Notes: generated by a model from the letters alone, not told the origin. Shown: positions 1 through 9,733, counted from the first letter of the stretch. The stretch: DNA of 55,476 nucleotides from Gammaproteobacteria bacterium (GCA_050298595.1 JBNKUM010000017.1:1-55476); one strand, 5' to 3'. A program made the numbers and translations.

Positions 1-89
1 ACAGATGTAATGATTGTTTGAATGTAAATCGATTCCGCAATACAGTGCTTTCATGGCAGTCTCCAATGAGTGTTGTTGGAACTTTCATT

Positions 90-116
90 GTAGCTCCGCC
101 ACAAGTCGGGGCGGAG
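90..116. repeat. GTAG-type REP palindrome
   Basis: GTAG followed by CTCCGCC...GGCGGAG stem. Confidence 0.45.
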
Positions 117-139
117 ACTGCCTTATGTTTATCAGACTC

Positions 140-337
140 GAATGGTGCTTAGTTAAGCTCAAAGCTAAAATAATGCGTCATTGCGAGGAGTGCGCGACAT
201 GGCAATCTCAACGCATGACGCCACTTTTAGTAGATTACCGCGTCGCAAGCTCGGTAACTGCTGCGTTACTCTACCACCTACGTCCATGCAGGCGTCCTCG
301 TAATGACAGTGCATCAAGTCTTAAGTAAGTGCCATTC
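140..337. mobile_element. IS4-type MITE copy 1, carrying a 44-bp nested insertion
   Basis: Ends GAATGGTGCTTAGTTAAG / CTTAAGTAAGTGCCATTC; near reverse complement of 43421-43575; flanks TTATCAGACTC and TTAACAGGCCC match at 8/11 (decayed TSD). Confidence 0.8.
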
Positions 338-377
338 TTAACAGGCCCTAATTCATTTCGATCATTTAAAATAAATC

Positions 378-405
378 TGTAAGTTTTTTTAAAGCATAAC
401 GACTA
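378..405 (+). promoter_or_regulatory. Putative ECF sigma promoter (autoregulatory)
   Basis: TGTAAG-N16-CGACTA; same motif recurs at 1459-1487. Confidence 0.65.
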
Positions 406-545
406 AGTCTGAAACCAATCACTATTGTTGAAGTGTTAAAGATTTGGTGACTACTATCCCCTGGTTCCCTGATTAATACTCTGGTTAAAAAACACATACA
501 TGGTTATAGTTCCTGCTCTATTAAATATGGATCAGAGCGTATTTC

Positions 546-1175
546 ATGACTGATGACCGAATAACCCCAGCAACAGGAAGAAGTGGAAAAGGGGGGGTAA
601 ATTTTGAAGACGAGGTCTTCTTAACAGAGTTACGTGGGAAAATGCTCAAATTTGCAACGCTCCAGTTATCAGATCCACATTTAGCGGAAGACACTGTTCA
701 GGAAGCACTTATCGGTGCGTTAAAGAATGCTGATTCTTTTCGCCGTCGATCGGCTTTGAAAACGTGGGTGTTTGCGATACTGAAAAATAAAATTGCTGAT
801 GTTTTACGGCAAAAAACACGTAGGTCGGAAGTCACTCATTCATCTATTGATGATGAAGGCGATGATAATCTGGACAAACTTTTTAATTCCAGGGGGTTCT
901 GGCAGGCAGATGAGAAGCCTGTGTCCTGGTCTCAACCGATGGAGTCTGTACAAAATGATCATTTCTGGCTGGTATTCGAAGCCTGTCTTGAGCATTTGCC
1001 GGCAAACCAGGCGCGCCTGTTTATGATGCGGGAATTTATTCAGTTAGACACTGCAGAAATATGTAAAACTCTGGAGATATCTACCAGTAACCTGCATGTC
1101 ATGTTGTATCGCTCCAGATTACGCTTACGAGAATGTCTGGAAAATAACTGGTTCAAAGATGGAGAAAAGTCATGA
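546..1175 (+). CDS. ECF RNA polymerase sigma factor (TIGR02943-like)
   Basis: Region 2 AEDTVQEAL...LKTWVFAILKNK; region 4 EICKTLEISTSNLHVMLYRSRLRL. Confidence 0.92.
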   Translation: MTDDRITPATGRSGKGGVNFEDEVFLTELRGKMLKFATLQLSDPHLAEDTVQEALIGALKNADSFRRRSALKTWVFAILKNKIADVLRQKTRRSEVTHSSIDDEGDDNLDKLFNSRGFWQADEKPVSWSQPMESVQNDHFWLVFEACLEHLPANQARLFMMREFIQLDTAEICKTLEISTSNLHVMLYRSRLRLRECLENNWFKDGEKS

Positions 1176-1390
1176 TGAATTGTAAAAAGGCCACCCTGTT
1201 ATTGTCTGAGGCTCAGGATCGTGAGCTATCTCTTAGCGAGCGCGCTGCGCTGAAAATTCATCTAATGATGTGCTCTGGCTGCGCTAATTTTTCACAGCAG
1301 ATCAATTTATTGCGCAGCTTTACTCAAAACTATACTCAGGGCGATGATGCTCCCCGTACCTCTGAAAAGACGAAAAATGGTCCTGAGTAA
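1172..1390 (+). CDS. zf-HC2 zinc-binding anti-sigma factor
   Basis: MMNCK...HLMMCSGC (HxxxCxxC); overlaps sigma stop codon. Confidence 0.9.
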   Translation: MMNCKKATLLLSEAQDRELSLSERAALKIHLMMCSGCANFSQQINLLRSFTQNYTQGDDAPRTSEKTKNGPE

Positions 1391-1458
1391 GACTCTATAG
1401 TGTTAACAGGTCCTGGTAGCCTTCAGAGCGCTGATTAAAAAATAATTTTCACTTCAAG

Positions 1459-1487
1459 TGTAAGAATTCCAGTAGTTGCAACGACTA
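1459..1487 (+). promoter_or_regulatory. Putative ECF sigma promoter for the radical SAM operon
   Basis: TGTAAG-N17-CGACTA, matches 378-405. Confidence 0.65.
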
Positions 1488-1544
1488 TAAATTAAAGCCG
1501 CATCAATAAGGGTGCTTGTCTTACTTCTAATCTGGAATTTTAAC

Positions 1545-2498
1545 ATGCTTGATACCTTACCCTATCTGGAAACTACAGGGTTTCCGCTGATTACCAGACG
1601 CAACCTGGAAACACTGCAGGTTAATCTTGGATACCGCTGTAATCAGACCTGTCTGCATTGCCATGTAAATGCAGGGCCTAATCGAACAGAAATGATGGAT
1701 CAACACACACTTCAGCAGATTCTACCTGTGTTGCTAGCGCATAAAGTAACGACGCTCGATCTGACTGGTGGGGCGCCTGAGATGCATGATGGATTTCGTG
1801 AGCTGGTCAGTTCGGTGACGCATGCCGGCGTTCATGTTATTGATCGATGTAACCTGACCATCCTGTTCGAACCCGGACAGGAGGATTTAGCTGAATTCCT
1901 GGCTGAAGAAGGCGTTGAAATCATCGCTTCTTTGCCTTGCTACACATTGGAAAACGTAGATCAGCAACGTGGTAAGGGAGTGTTTGATAAAAGTATTGCT
2001 GGCCTACAGAAGCTCAACGCTCTCGGATATGGCAAGCCTGGAAGCGGTTTAAAACTAAACCTGGTTTATAACCCTCAGGGTGCCCAGCTACCGCCAGATC
2101 AACATGAGTTAGAGGCCGATTACAAGCGTGAGCTCAGCAAGCATTTTGCTATTGAATTTAGCCAATTGTTTGTGCTTGCCAATATGCCTGTTAAGCGATT
2201 TGGTTCTACCTTACTCTCTAAAAATGGTTTTAATGATTACATGGCGCTGTTAAAAGCTAATTATTCAGACGATAATCTTGAGCAGGTTATGTGCCGCACT
2301 ATGGTAAACGTAGATTGGCAGGGGCATCTCTATGACTGTGATTTTAATCAGCAACTGGGTATGAACCTTGAAGGTTCGAAAAAGCCTGAATTAAAAGATT
2401 TACTGAATACGAGTCTGCAAGGGCGTGTTATCCGGGTCGCAGATCATTGCTTTGGTTGTACTGCGGGACAGGGTAGTAGCTGTGGCGGCGCGCTCTAA
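1545..2498 (+). CDS. arsS: ArsS-family radical SAM protein (rSAM/Cys-rich, arsenosugar biosynthesis type)
   Basis: LQVNLGYRCNQTCLHCHV (CxxxCxxC), YDCDFNQ, C-terminal HCFGCTAGQGSSCGG; ATG 1545 preferred over the track start 1512. Confidence 0.85.
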   Translation: MLDTLPYLETTGFPLITRRNLETLQVNLGYRCNQTCLHCHVNAGPNRTEMMDQHTLQQILPVLLAHKVTTLDLTGGAPEMHDGFRELVSSVTHAGVHVIDRCNLTILFEPGQEDLAEFLAEEGVEIIASLPCYTLENVDQQRGKGVFDKSIAGLQKLNALGYGKPGSGLKLNLVYNPQGAQLPPDQHELEADYKRELSKHFAIEFSQLFVLANMPVKRFGSTLLSKNGFNDYMALLKANYSDDNLEQVMCRTMVNVDWQGHLYDCDFNQQLGMNLEGSKKPELKDLLNTSLQGRVIRVADHCFGCTAGQGSSCGGAL

Positions 2499-2607
2499 TA
2501 ACCGGAGTCTCAGGTCTGGTAGAAATGTAATATTATTGAGCAGTTCTGTCCTGAAGAAAACTCAATTTATTAAGAATAATTAAATCCTACATCGAGTCAT
2601 ATAAAAC

Positions 2608-3996
2608 ATGATTACTGAACTTGTCATTATCACAGGCGCTATCGCTTTGTTCTCATTACTGCTCTCACCTCGCGTTAAATCTGAAAAGTCTTTTTTTCAT
2701 GGGGTTACGTCGACAGGTGATTCCCCCGCTCTGCTCACGCTGATTTTTTCTCAGGTAACCACCTGGATATTTGCCCGTTCATTAATGAATGCTGCGATTC
2801 TGGGATTCTATTATGGGATTTGGGGCACCCTGGCTTATGCGGCTTATTATCTGTCCTTTATTACCGGGGCTTCGATTATTGACAGCCTGCGATTCTGTCA
2901 TGGCTATACCAATATCCAGAGTTTTCTGTTTGATCGTTTCGGCAGTATCGGCACCGGCTGTTATAACTTTGTGATTGGGTTAAGACTGGTCAGTGAGGTG
3001 TTCGCCAACCTGCTGGTGATCGGTATTCTTTTCGGTGCGGCTGGTAGCGATCTATACACACTGAGTATTGTCGGATTTGCTGTTGTCACCCTGATCTACT
3101 CTATGAGTGGAGGTCTGCATGCTTCCTTGCGTACCGATGTGATGCAAATGATCATTTTTATTATCGTTTTGCTGGCGCTGTTAGTGATTGTTATCGGTGG
3201 CGATACCTTTAGCTGGGATGTACTGGGTTTTAAGGCATTTAATATCAGCGACCCTGGCCCCGTTTTATTGCTTGTGGCTCTGCTTCAGATATGGAGTTAT
3301 CCGATGCATGATCCGGTGATGATGGATAGAGGGTTTCTGGTTGATCGTAGAACGACTCGACGCAGTTTTTATCATGCGGCATGGGTTAGCATCAGCTGTA
3401 TTTTAGGATTTGGCTTATTGGGAATTTTTGCCGGAGCCAATGCTCTGGATGGCGAATCGATGAATGCTGCCTTAAGCCGCTTAACCGGAAACATACCCAT
3501 GCTTTTATTCAGTACTATGCTGGTTATATCTGCTATGTCTACGCTAGATAGCACGCTTTCCAGTTCTGCCAAATTGATCGTTATTGATATGAAGCTGCTG
3601 GGTTATAAACTGATCAATGGACGTCTTGTAATGTCTGTATTTATGCTGCTTGGTTTATTCCTGGTATTTATCGGCAACAAGGATTTATTCAGTGCAGTAG
3701 CTGTTAGCGGCACGGCTTCTATGTATCTGGCACCGGTTATATTTTTCTCATTATGGGGCGGTAGAAACGATATACCCGTGTGGAGTTATGCAGCCAGTTT
3801 CATACTGGCTGTGAGTGCTGCGGTGTTATATTTTCTTGAATCTTCCGGTCATACAATTTTGTTGGGGGATGCGCATAAATATACCAAGTTGTTGTGGATT
3901 TCTCTGGCGGTGCTTATTGGTGGTTGTAGCTTTTTCTGGCTGGGTGGCAAAACTTCTACACAGGAAAAACGTCTTACACAAAGCACGGCAACTTGA
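2608..3996 (+). CDS. Sodium:solute symporter family transporter
   Basis: Many TM helices; YSMSGGLHASLRTD and SAMSTLDSTLSS SSS-family motifs. Confidence 0.85.
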   Translation: MITELVIITGAIALFSLLLSPRVKSEKSFFHGVTSTGDSPALLTLIFSQVTTWIFARSLMNAAILGFYYGIWGTLAYAAYYLSFITGASIIDSLRFCHGYTNIQSFLFDRFGSIGTGCYNFVIGLRLVSEVFANLLVIGILFGAAGSDLYTLSIVGFAVVTLIYSMSGGLHASLRTDVMQMIIFIIVLLALLVIVIGGDTFSWDVLGFKAFNISDPGPVLLLVALLQIWSYPMHDPVMMDRGFLVDRRTTRRSFYHAAWVSISCILGFGLLGIFAGANALDGESMNAALSRLTGNIPMLLFSTMLVISAMSTLDSTLSSSAKLIVIDMKLLGYKLINGRLVMSVFMLLGLFLVFIGNKDLFSAVAVSGTASMYLAPVIFFSLWGGRNDIPVWSYAASFILAVSAAVLYFLESSGHTILLGDAHKYTKLLWISLAVLIGGCSFFWLGGKTSTQEKRLTQSTAT

Positions 3997-5666
3997 GCCC
4001 TGTTATTTTCAAATCGAGACTAATCCTTATGCCCGCTACATTTATCCTGGTTTCAGTGTTTATATTGAGCTTTATCGCCACGGTTCAACTGGTATGGCCA
4101 CCCATCTTATGGGCTTTAGTTATCTGCCTGCCTATGACCATGTTAGGGTTTTATGACATGCTACAAAGTGACCATGCCATCAGGCGTAACTTCCCGTTGT
4201 TTGGACGTGGTCGATGGCTGATGGAGGGGCTACGTCCATATATCAGACAATATCTTCTCGAGTCAGATACCGATGGAACTCCGATCAACAGGATGTTTCG
4301 CAACATCGTTTATCAACGAGCTAAGGGCGCTCGGGAAACTGTACCTTTTGGTACGCGAGTTGATACCTATCGTACGGGTTATGAATGGATGGGGCACTCC
4401 CTGTCTGCCATCGACGTTAATAGTTTTGATGCCGATTTGCGTGTCACGGTTGGTGGTCCAGACTGTCGCCAGCCATACTCTTCCAGTATATTAAATATTT
4501 CAGCCATGAGTTTTGGTGCACTCAGTCAAAATGCCATACTGGCATTAAATCAGGGGGCTCAACTGGGTGGGTTTTCGCATAATACCGGCGAAGGAGGGAT
4601 TAGCCCCCATCACCTCAAGTACGGTGGAGATCTGGTGTGGCAAATTGGCACGGGCTATTTTGGTTGTCGGGATAAACAGGGCTTTTTTTCAGCACAGGAA
4701 TTCAGCCAGAAAGCCAATCTGGATGTGGTGCGAATGATAGAAATCAAGCTATCACAAGGTGCAAAGCCCGGACATGGTGGCATTCTACCTGCGGATAAAA
4801 ATACTGCAGAGATTGCTGACATACGTGGTGTAGAGGTCGGAACTCAGGTTAACTCTCCTCATGTACACAGTGCCTTCGATTCCCCTCTTGGTCTGATGAA
4901 ATTTATCGATCAGTTGCGCACTCTATCTAATGGGAAGCCGGTTGGTTTCAAGCTTTGTATCGGGCGCCAGAGTGAGTTTGTCGCTATCTGTAAAGCCATG
5001 CTGAAAACAAATATTTACCCGGACTTTATAACCGTTGATGGTGGTGAAGGTGGTACGGGTGCCGCCCCATTAGAATATACTAACTCTGTCGGTATGCCGT
5101 TACGCGAAGCCGTTGCGTTTGTTGATGACTGTCTCAGCGGTTTTGGCATACGTCAGCATATTCGTATTATCGCTTCCGGTAAGATTATATCGGGTTTTCA
5201 TCTGGTTAAAAATCTGGCGCTGGGTGCTGATATCTGTAACAGCGCCAGAGGCATGATGCTGGCTTTGGGCTGCGTGCATTCATTAACCTGTAACAGCAAT
5301 AAATGTCCAACGGGTGTGGCAACACAAAACCCTAAATTATTTCGAGGGCTGGTGGTGAGTGATAAAAGTCAACGAGTTGCACAGTTTCATAAAAAGACCG
5401 TGTATGCCACTGCTGATATTATTTCTTCGGCAGGCAAGCGTCACACCCAAGAGCTGAATAGAACCAACATATTTCGACGCACCAGCCAGAACTGTATTCA
5501 GCGATATGATCAAATCTTTCCGTACATACTGCCTGGAAGTTTGCTATCTGATGATATTCCTGAAGCCTTCAGGTTGTATCTGGAAGAGTCCAGTGCAGAA
5601 AGTTTCCAGCCAAAAGACAATTTAACTCGTATCAATAAAGAGAACAGCAGGGTGAAAAGTAATTGA
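3993..5666 (+). CDS. FMN-binding glutamate synthase family protein with N-terminal membrane anchor
   Basis: SAMSFGALS, HNTGEGG, EIKLSQGAKPGHGG, DGGEGGTGAAP, CxxxxxCxxxxCP cluster motif. Confidence 0.9.
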   Translation: MSPVIFKSRLILMPATFILVSVFILSFIATVQLVWPPILWALVICLPMTMLGFYDMLQSDHAIRRNFPLFGRGRWLMEGLRPYIRQYLLESDTDGTPINRMFRNIVYQRAKGARETVPFGTRVDTYRTGYEWMGHSLSAIDVNSFDADLRVTVGGPDCRQPYSSSILNISAMSFGALSQNAILALNQGAQLGGFSHNTGEGGISPHHLKYGGDLVWQIGTGYFGCRDKQGFFSAQEFSQKANLDVVRMIEIKLSQGAKPGHGGILPADKNTAEIADIRGVEVGTQVNSPHVHSAFDSPLGLMKFIDQLRTLSNGKPVGFKLCIGRQSEFVAICKAMLKTNIYPDFITVDGGEGGTGAAPLEYTNSVGMPLREAVAFVDDCLSGFGIRQHIRIIASGKIISGFHLVKNLALGADICNSARGMMLALGCVHSLTCNSNKCPTGVATQNPKLFRGLVVSDKSQRVAQFHKKTVYATADIISSAGKRHTQELNRTNIFRRTSQNCIQRYDQIFPYILPGSLLSDDIPEAFRLYLEESSAESFQPKDNLTRINKENSRVKSN

Positions 5667-5677
5667 TTAGATCTGCC

Positions 5678-6415
5678 TTAGCTCAGGGTGAAGGATAAAG
5701 GAATCTCAAATTGCCACTGTTGGCGATTTATTTTATCTGGGAAAGGGAGTTTTCCTGACACAGCCTGAATGGCTTTCAGCAACGCTTTATCCAGAATCTT
5801 ATGTCCGGTGGAATCGATGACGCGAATCTGTTTGACCGTCCCATCACGCAATACGACAAAACTGACGGTTCCCTTACCTTCTATATTTCGGCGTTGTGCG
5901 CGACGTGGGTAGTCCTTGCTGGCATCGATTAACTTGTTCAAAGTTAGCCTGTACTCGTCTTCCAGTCTGGCAATGACACCCAGATCATGCATCATTTGTT
6001 CGGGTTTAGTTTCGCTTACAGGGCTAACCGGTTGGGGTGGCGGTGCCAGTTTAACGACCTCAACAGGTTGTTGCTCTACCTCAGGTTCGGGTGGTTTAAG
6101 CGTTTTCTTTTTAACGGGTTGAACAACGGGTTTTGGCTTAGGCTTTACAACAGGTTTAGGTTTTATTTTAGCCACCTGCTTTGGCTTCGGTTTTGGTTTA
6201 ATTACAGGTGGCGGGGCTAGCGGTTTTGCTGGCTCTGGTATAACCGTTTGTACGGGTTCAATAGCTGCCTTAAACATGGCCAGTTTGAGTGGCGTAGTCG
6301 TCTGCTGGGTGGATGAGGAAGTGAACTTTCCTGACAGATAGGGGATAGCCACTGCTGCATGCAGCAGTGCAGAAAATAATATTGCAACGATTTCGTAATG
6401 ATAACGCTTCGTCAT
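5678..6415 (-). CDS. tonB: Energy transducer TonB
   Basis: N-terminal TM with SxxxH, KP-rich linker, YPRRAQRRNIEG C-terminal domain. Confidence 0.9.
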   Translation of the reverse strand: MTKRYHYEIVAILFSALLHAAVAIPYLSGKFTSSSTQQTTTPLKLAMFKAAIEPVQTVIPEPAKPLAPPPVIKPKPKPKQVAKIKPKPVVKPKPKPVVQPVKKKTLKPPEPEVEQQPVEVVKLAPPPQPVSPVSETKPEQMMHDLGVIARLEDEYRLTLNKLIDASKDYPRRAQRRNIEGKGTVSFVVLRDGTVKQIRVIDSTGHKILDKALLKAIQAVSGKLPFPDKINRQQWQFEIPLSFTLS

Positions 6416-6419
6416 AATC

Positions 6420-6794
6420 TTATTGCTGTCGAGTAATAATCGATAGCTGTTCGAGCTGATTGGTTTTCAGTAAGTCGATCACCTTGATGAAATTTTCAAA
6501 GGCTACTTTTTTATCCACGCGTAAAATAATAGACGTGTCATGTGTTAAATCCTGCAGTTTGTCCGCTAATTCCTGCTGAGTGACCTGGGTTTCATCAAAA
6601 TAAAACTGGTTCAGTTCATTGATAGCAATCTCACGCGCCTCTTCCTGTTGTAAGGGCTCGCTGCTGGCTGCTTCGGGCACATCGATTTCAATCTTGCCCT
6701 GAGCAATGAAGGTCGCTGTCATCAATACAATGGCCAGCAACACCAGCATGATGTCGATAAATGGAATTACATTGATCTGGTCAAAGCGTTTCAT
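6420..6794 (-). CDS. exbD: ExbD biopolymer transport protein
   Basis: INVIPFIDIMLVLL; ATG 6794 overlaps exbB stop. Confidence 0.92.
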   Translation of the reverse strand: MKRFDQINVIPFIDIMLVLLAIVLMTATFIAQGKIEIDVPEAASSEPLQQEEAREIAINELNQFYFDETQVTQQELADKLQDLTHDTSIILRVDKKVAFENFIKVIDLLKTNQLEQLSIITRQQ

Positions 6795-7219
6795 TGATCC
6801 TGTGCCTGCCTCCATTTTGCGGTCAGCACATCAACCCGACGTAATAGTGAGTTGTAAAACATAATAGAAGGGATGGCGACCACCAGGCCTGCAGCCGTTG
6901 CTTTAAGTGCCAGGGCGAGTCCCAGCATGATTGTTGCGGGGTCTATGTTTCCACCACCCTGGCCAATATCCCAGAATGTAATCAGTATTCCAAACACTGT
7001 GCCTAGCAGCCCGATATAGGGCGCGTTGGAACCAATGCTGGAAATGGCGGTTAATCGATGCGTCAAAACCACCTGAAGCTGCTCAGGGTGTGTGTAGTCT
7101 TCAACCTTAAAGCGCGCATAGAAGATAAAGCGTTCTATGACAAACCAGATCATAAGAAAACTCATCAGGCCGAGCAGCCCGAAAACCATAAAATCAAGAT
7201 ATTGCTTTAAAAATTCCAT
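6791..7219 (-). CDS. exbB: ExbB, short 142-aa type
   Basis: APYIGLLGTVFGI, ALALKATAAGLVVAIP. Confidence 0.92.
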   Translation of the reverse strand: MEFLKQYLDFMVFGLLGLMSFLMIWFVIERFIFYARFKVEDYTHPEQLQVVLTHRLTAISSIGSNAPYIGLLGTVFGILITFWDIGQGGGNIDPATIMLGLALALKATAAGLVVAIPSIMFYNSLLRRVDVLTAKWRQAQDQ

Positions 7220-7221
7220 AA

Positions 7222-7866
7222 CTAAAATGCCATAGCAATACGATAACTACCAATCGCAACCAGTACACTGCTGCCGAACCAGACCAGCCATTTTTTTAGC
7301 CAGGGGTTTCTGCTGCGCAGTTCCTGCCCCAGCTTGCCCAGTAATGGCAGAATGATAAAAAGCGGCGTGATCGCTGCACCAAGACCAAATACAAACCCGT
7401 AAGACATACCGAGCGTAAAGCTGCCAGCTGCAGCACAGGATGCTAAAAGGGCGGCGAGTGGCGCGCAGGGGATAAAGCTAAGGGAGAAACCCAGCATGAA
7501 AGGATGCATGTTATGGCGTTTGCTGATACCACAACCACGATGCTGTTTACCCATGTTGTAAATCAACCAGATACCTGCCAGCACACTACTGGCCCCTATT
7601 AATACATTGCCGATACCACTACGCAGGTAATGCAACAGGAATTCACCAGTAATCCCGGCGAATGCGCCCAACGTTGCATAGGCAGTAACCTTGCCAGAGG
7701 CAAATAGCCCTGCATCAACCAGGCTACCTTTCATGCCGAGATTACGGCTCATCACCCAGCTGCCCATAAAGGGCAGGCAGGATGCAGTGCAGGCAGTAAA
7801 GCCAACGGTGATGCCGAGGATCCAGACGGAAAACAACCCGACCTGTTCCAGTACTATGTTATCCAT
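7222..7866 (-). CDS. DsbD_2/TauE-like membrane protein
   Basis: About 6 TM helices; CxxxC and FIPC motifs typical of DsbD_2/UreH/TauE-like proteins. Confidence 0.7.
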   Translation of the reverse strand: MDNIVLEQVGLFSVWILGITVGFTACTASCLPFMGSWVMSRNLGMKGSLVDAGLFASGKVTAYATLGAFAGITGEFLLHYLRSGIGNVLIGASSVLAGIWLIYNMGKQHRGCGISKRHNMHPFMLGFSLSFIPCAPLAALLASCAAAGSFTLGMSYGFVFGLGAAITPLFIILPLLGKLGQELRSRNPWLKKWLVWFGSSVLVAIGSYRIAMAF

Positions 7867-8921
7867 TAGCCTGGCTCCACAGCAACGGGGCGAGGTTTAG
7901 CTTTTTTGCCTGCTTTTATACCTTCGGGCTTTTCCTGCCTGATGCGCTTCTTATAGTAGTCTCTGCTTGAGCTGAATAATGCAAGCGGGCCAAACTTAAC
8001 CTGGATGACATCGTCATCAGGGCAGAATTCTGCACATCGCCCACACAGCGTACAATCATCATGAAAAGCCTTTGATCCTGACTCTTTCCAGATTTCCTGA
8101 ATATCCATTGGGCAGGCCTTTGTGCAGACGCCACATTTCTCGCATTTCTCATGTTCTTTCTTTACCAGTCGCATGGGCGATAATTTCTGGAACAGGGCGT
8201 TGAATGCGAGTAAGGGACAGATTCTGCAAAATGGTTGCCGCATGGTCATAGACAGGATAACGATAGTGCCAAATAACAGAGCGCGTATGGATGAAAATAT
8301 AATGTCAGCGACACCCGCCGTATTGATGGTTAACTGTTCAAAGTTACCGCTGGCCAGGGTGGTGAGTACTCGGGAAGGGCAGACCTGACAGAAGGCGTCA
8401 CCAGCAGCATGCGGAGCCACGCCAAGACCTGCCACTAATGGCAATATGAAAACCAGTATTGTGAGTAGTAACCATTTAATCGGGCGTACATAGCGCAGTT
8501 GATTAGACGCAAGGCTGTGGTTTTTCTGAAGACCGAAGAAGTGAGACATCTTGTACATCATTTCCTGGAATGTACCGAGCGGACAGATCCAGCCGCAGAA
8601 CATTTTATTCAGGAAAACAAAAAATACATAGAAAGACAGAAAGGTAAACAATAGAGGAATGACTACCTTGTAACTGAATTGTTGTATCTGTACCAGTGCT
8701 TCACCCACTCGATGATGTAATTGATGCTGGGTGGGTATCAATACGCAATAGCTGCCATTTAACTGATCATAGGCACAGGATAGCGCGGGCAGAGATCCTG
8801 ATATTTTTTCTGCAGAATAGTGACCCACCAGCAGACCGCCATACACCAGAAAAAGGAATGACAGAATCTGTACAACAAATCTTACTCGGCCAAGCGTTGG
8901 AGCGCTTATGGAAGAACTCAT
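7866..8921 (-). CDS. Membrane 4Fe-4S binding protein (NapH/MauN-like)
   Basis: FCGWICP, FCQVCP, FCRICP and two CxxCxxCxxxCP motifs. Confidence 0.88.
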   Translation of the reverse strand: MSSSISAPTLGRVRFVVQILSFLFLVYGGLLVGHYSAEKISGSLPALSCAYDQLNGSYCVLIPTQHQLHHRVGEALVQIQQFSYKVVIPLLFTFLSFYVFFVFLNKMFCGWICPLGTFQEMMYKMSHFFGLQKNHSLASNQLRYVRPIKWLLLTILVFILPLVAGLGVAPHAAGDAFCQVCPSRVLTTLASGNFEQLTINTAGVADIIFSSIRALLFGTIVILSMTMRQPFCRICPLLAFNALFQKLSPMRLVKKEHEKCEKCGVCTKACPMDIQEIWKESGSKAFHDDCTLCGRCAEFCPDDDVIQVKFGPLALFSSSRDYYKKRIRQEKPEGIKAGKKAKPRPVAVEPG

Positions 8922-9733
8922 GCTGACCTCCTTTTAAACAAAAATAGGCCGGTTATCAGGCTACCGCTAAAAGCCAGACCAATGGCCGGTAATACGGCTT
9001 TATTGGTGAAGGCATCTTCGCCATATTTGTAATTAAAGGCTGAGGTTTTATTATCATGCTCAACACTGAGGGCAAATTGGGCAGATTTTCTACCATGACT
9101 TGCATGGCCCATGTCATGGCCTTTATGCTTTTCTGCGAAGGCTGCAAAATCATCTGGAAAATTGACAGAGACTATGCCGTTAGCATCGCTGGTCATCGTG
9201 GTGGTTGTGCCGTTACTGGTGTCTAGAACAACGCTTGCATCGGCTAGAGGTTTTCCCTGTGATAGCACGATAAAATCCCAGTGTTCATTGGCTCGAAATC
9301 GTTGGTGTTCGCGCGGTAGATTTACGGGCTTGATTTCCAGTGGCAGTTTGCTTTGCTTTAGCATCTGCCTTGGCGAAGGACCGGGACTAGAAAAATAATG
9401 AACTGTACTTGCAAAGTGTAATCCTTCGCTATCAGCAGCAGTTAACCAGTGGTAATTACCCTGATTTTTACCGCCGGTTTTCATGCTAAAGCTGCCATCA
9501 CCGGTTGCATTTAATTCATTAGCAATAGACTCACCTTCTGATGCTGGAAAATCCTGCATCAAAACATTGCTCATATTGTGGGGGCGAAAAGCAGACTGAG
9601 CACGACGATCAGCACCCTTGATTCGTTCTGGAATAAGTACTGGAGCTGAGGTCCAGTTGACACTCGCCTGTAGCGGAACAGCCAGTGAAGCAAGTACACC
9701 CCAGACAGGAGCCAAATAAATCAGTCTTTTCAT
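8918..9733 (-). CDS. Exported protein, DUF4198-like, with His-rich patch and C-terminal TM
   Basis: Signal peptide; LEIKP...GKPLADASV...TSDANG pattern; HKGHDMGHASH. Confidence 0.6.
   Translation of the reverse strand: MKRLIYLAPVWGVLASLAVPLQASVNWTSAPVLIPERIKGADRRAQSAFRPHNMSNVLMQDFPASEGESIANELNATGDGSFSMKTGGKNQGNYHWLTAADSEGLHFASTVHYFSSPGPSPRQMLKQSKLPLEIKPVNLPREHQRFRANEHWDFIVLSQGKPLADASVVLDTSNGTTTTMTSDANGIVSVNFPDDFAAFAEKHKGHDMGHASHGRKSAQFALSVEHDNKTSAFNYKYGEDAFTNKAVLPAIGLAFSGSLITGLFLFKRRSA

Noticed and set aside
14-328. 104-aa ORF
   Set aside because: Runs through a REP, a MITE and its nested insertion; no protein motifs
2460-2498. Selenocysteine in the ArsS C-terminal SSCGG motif
   Set aside because: The codon is TGT and the stop is TAA; no in-frame TGA
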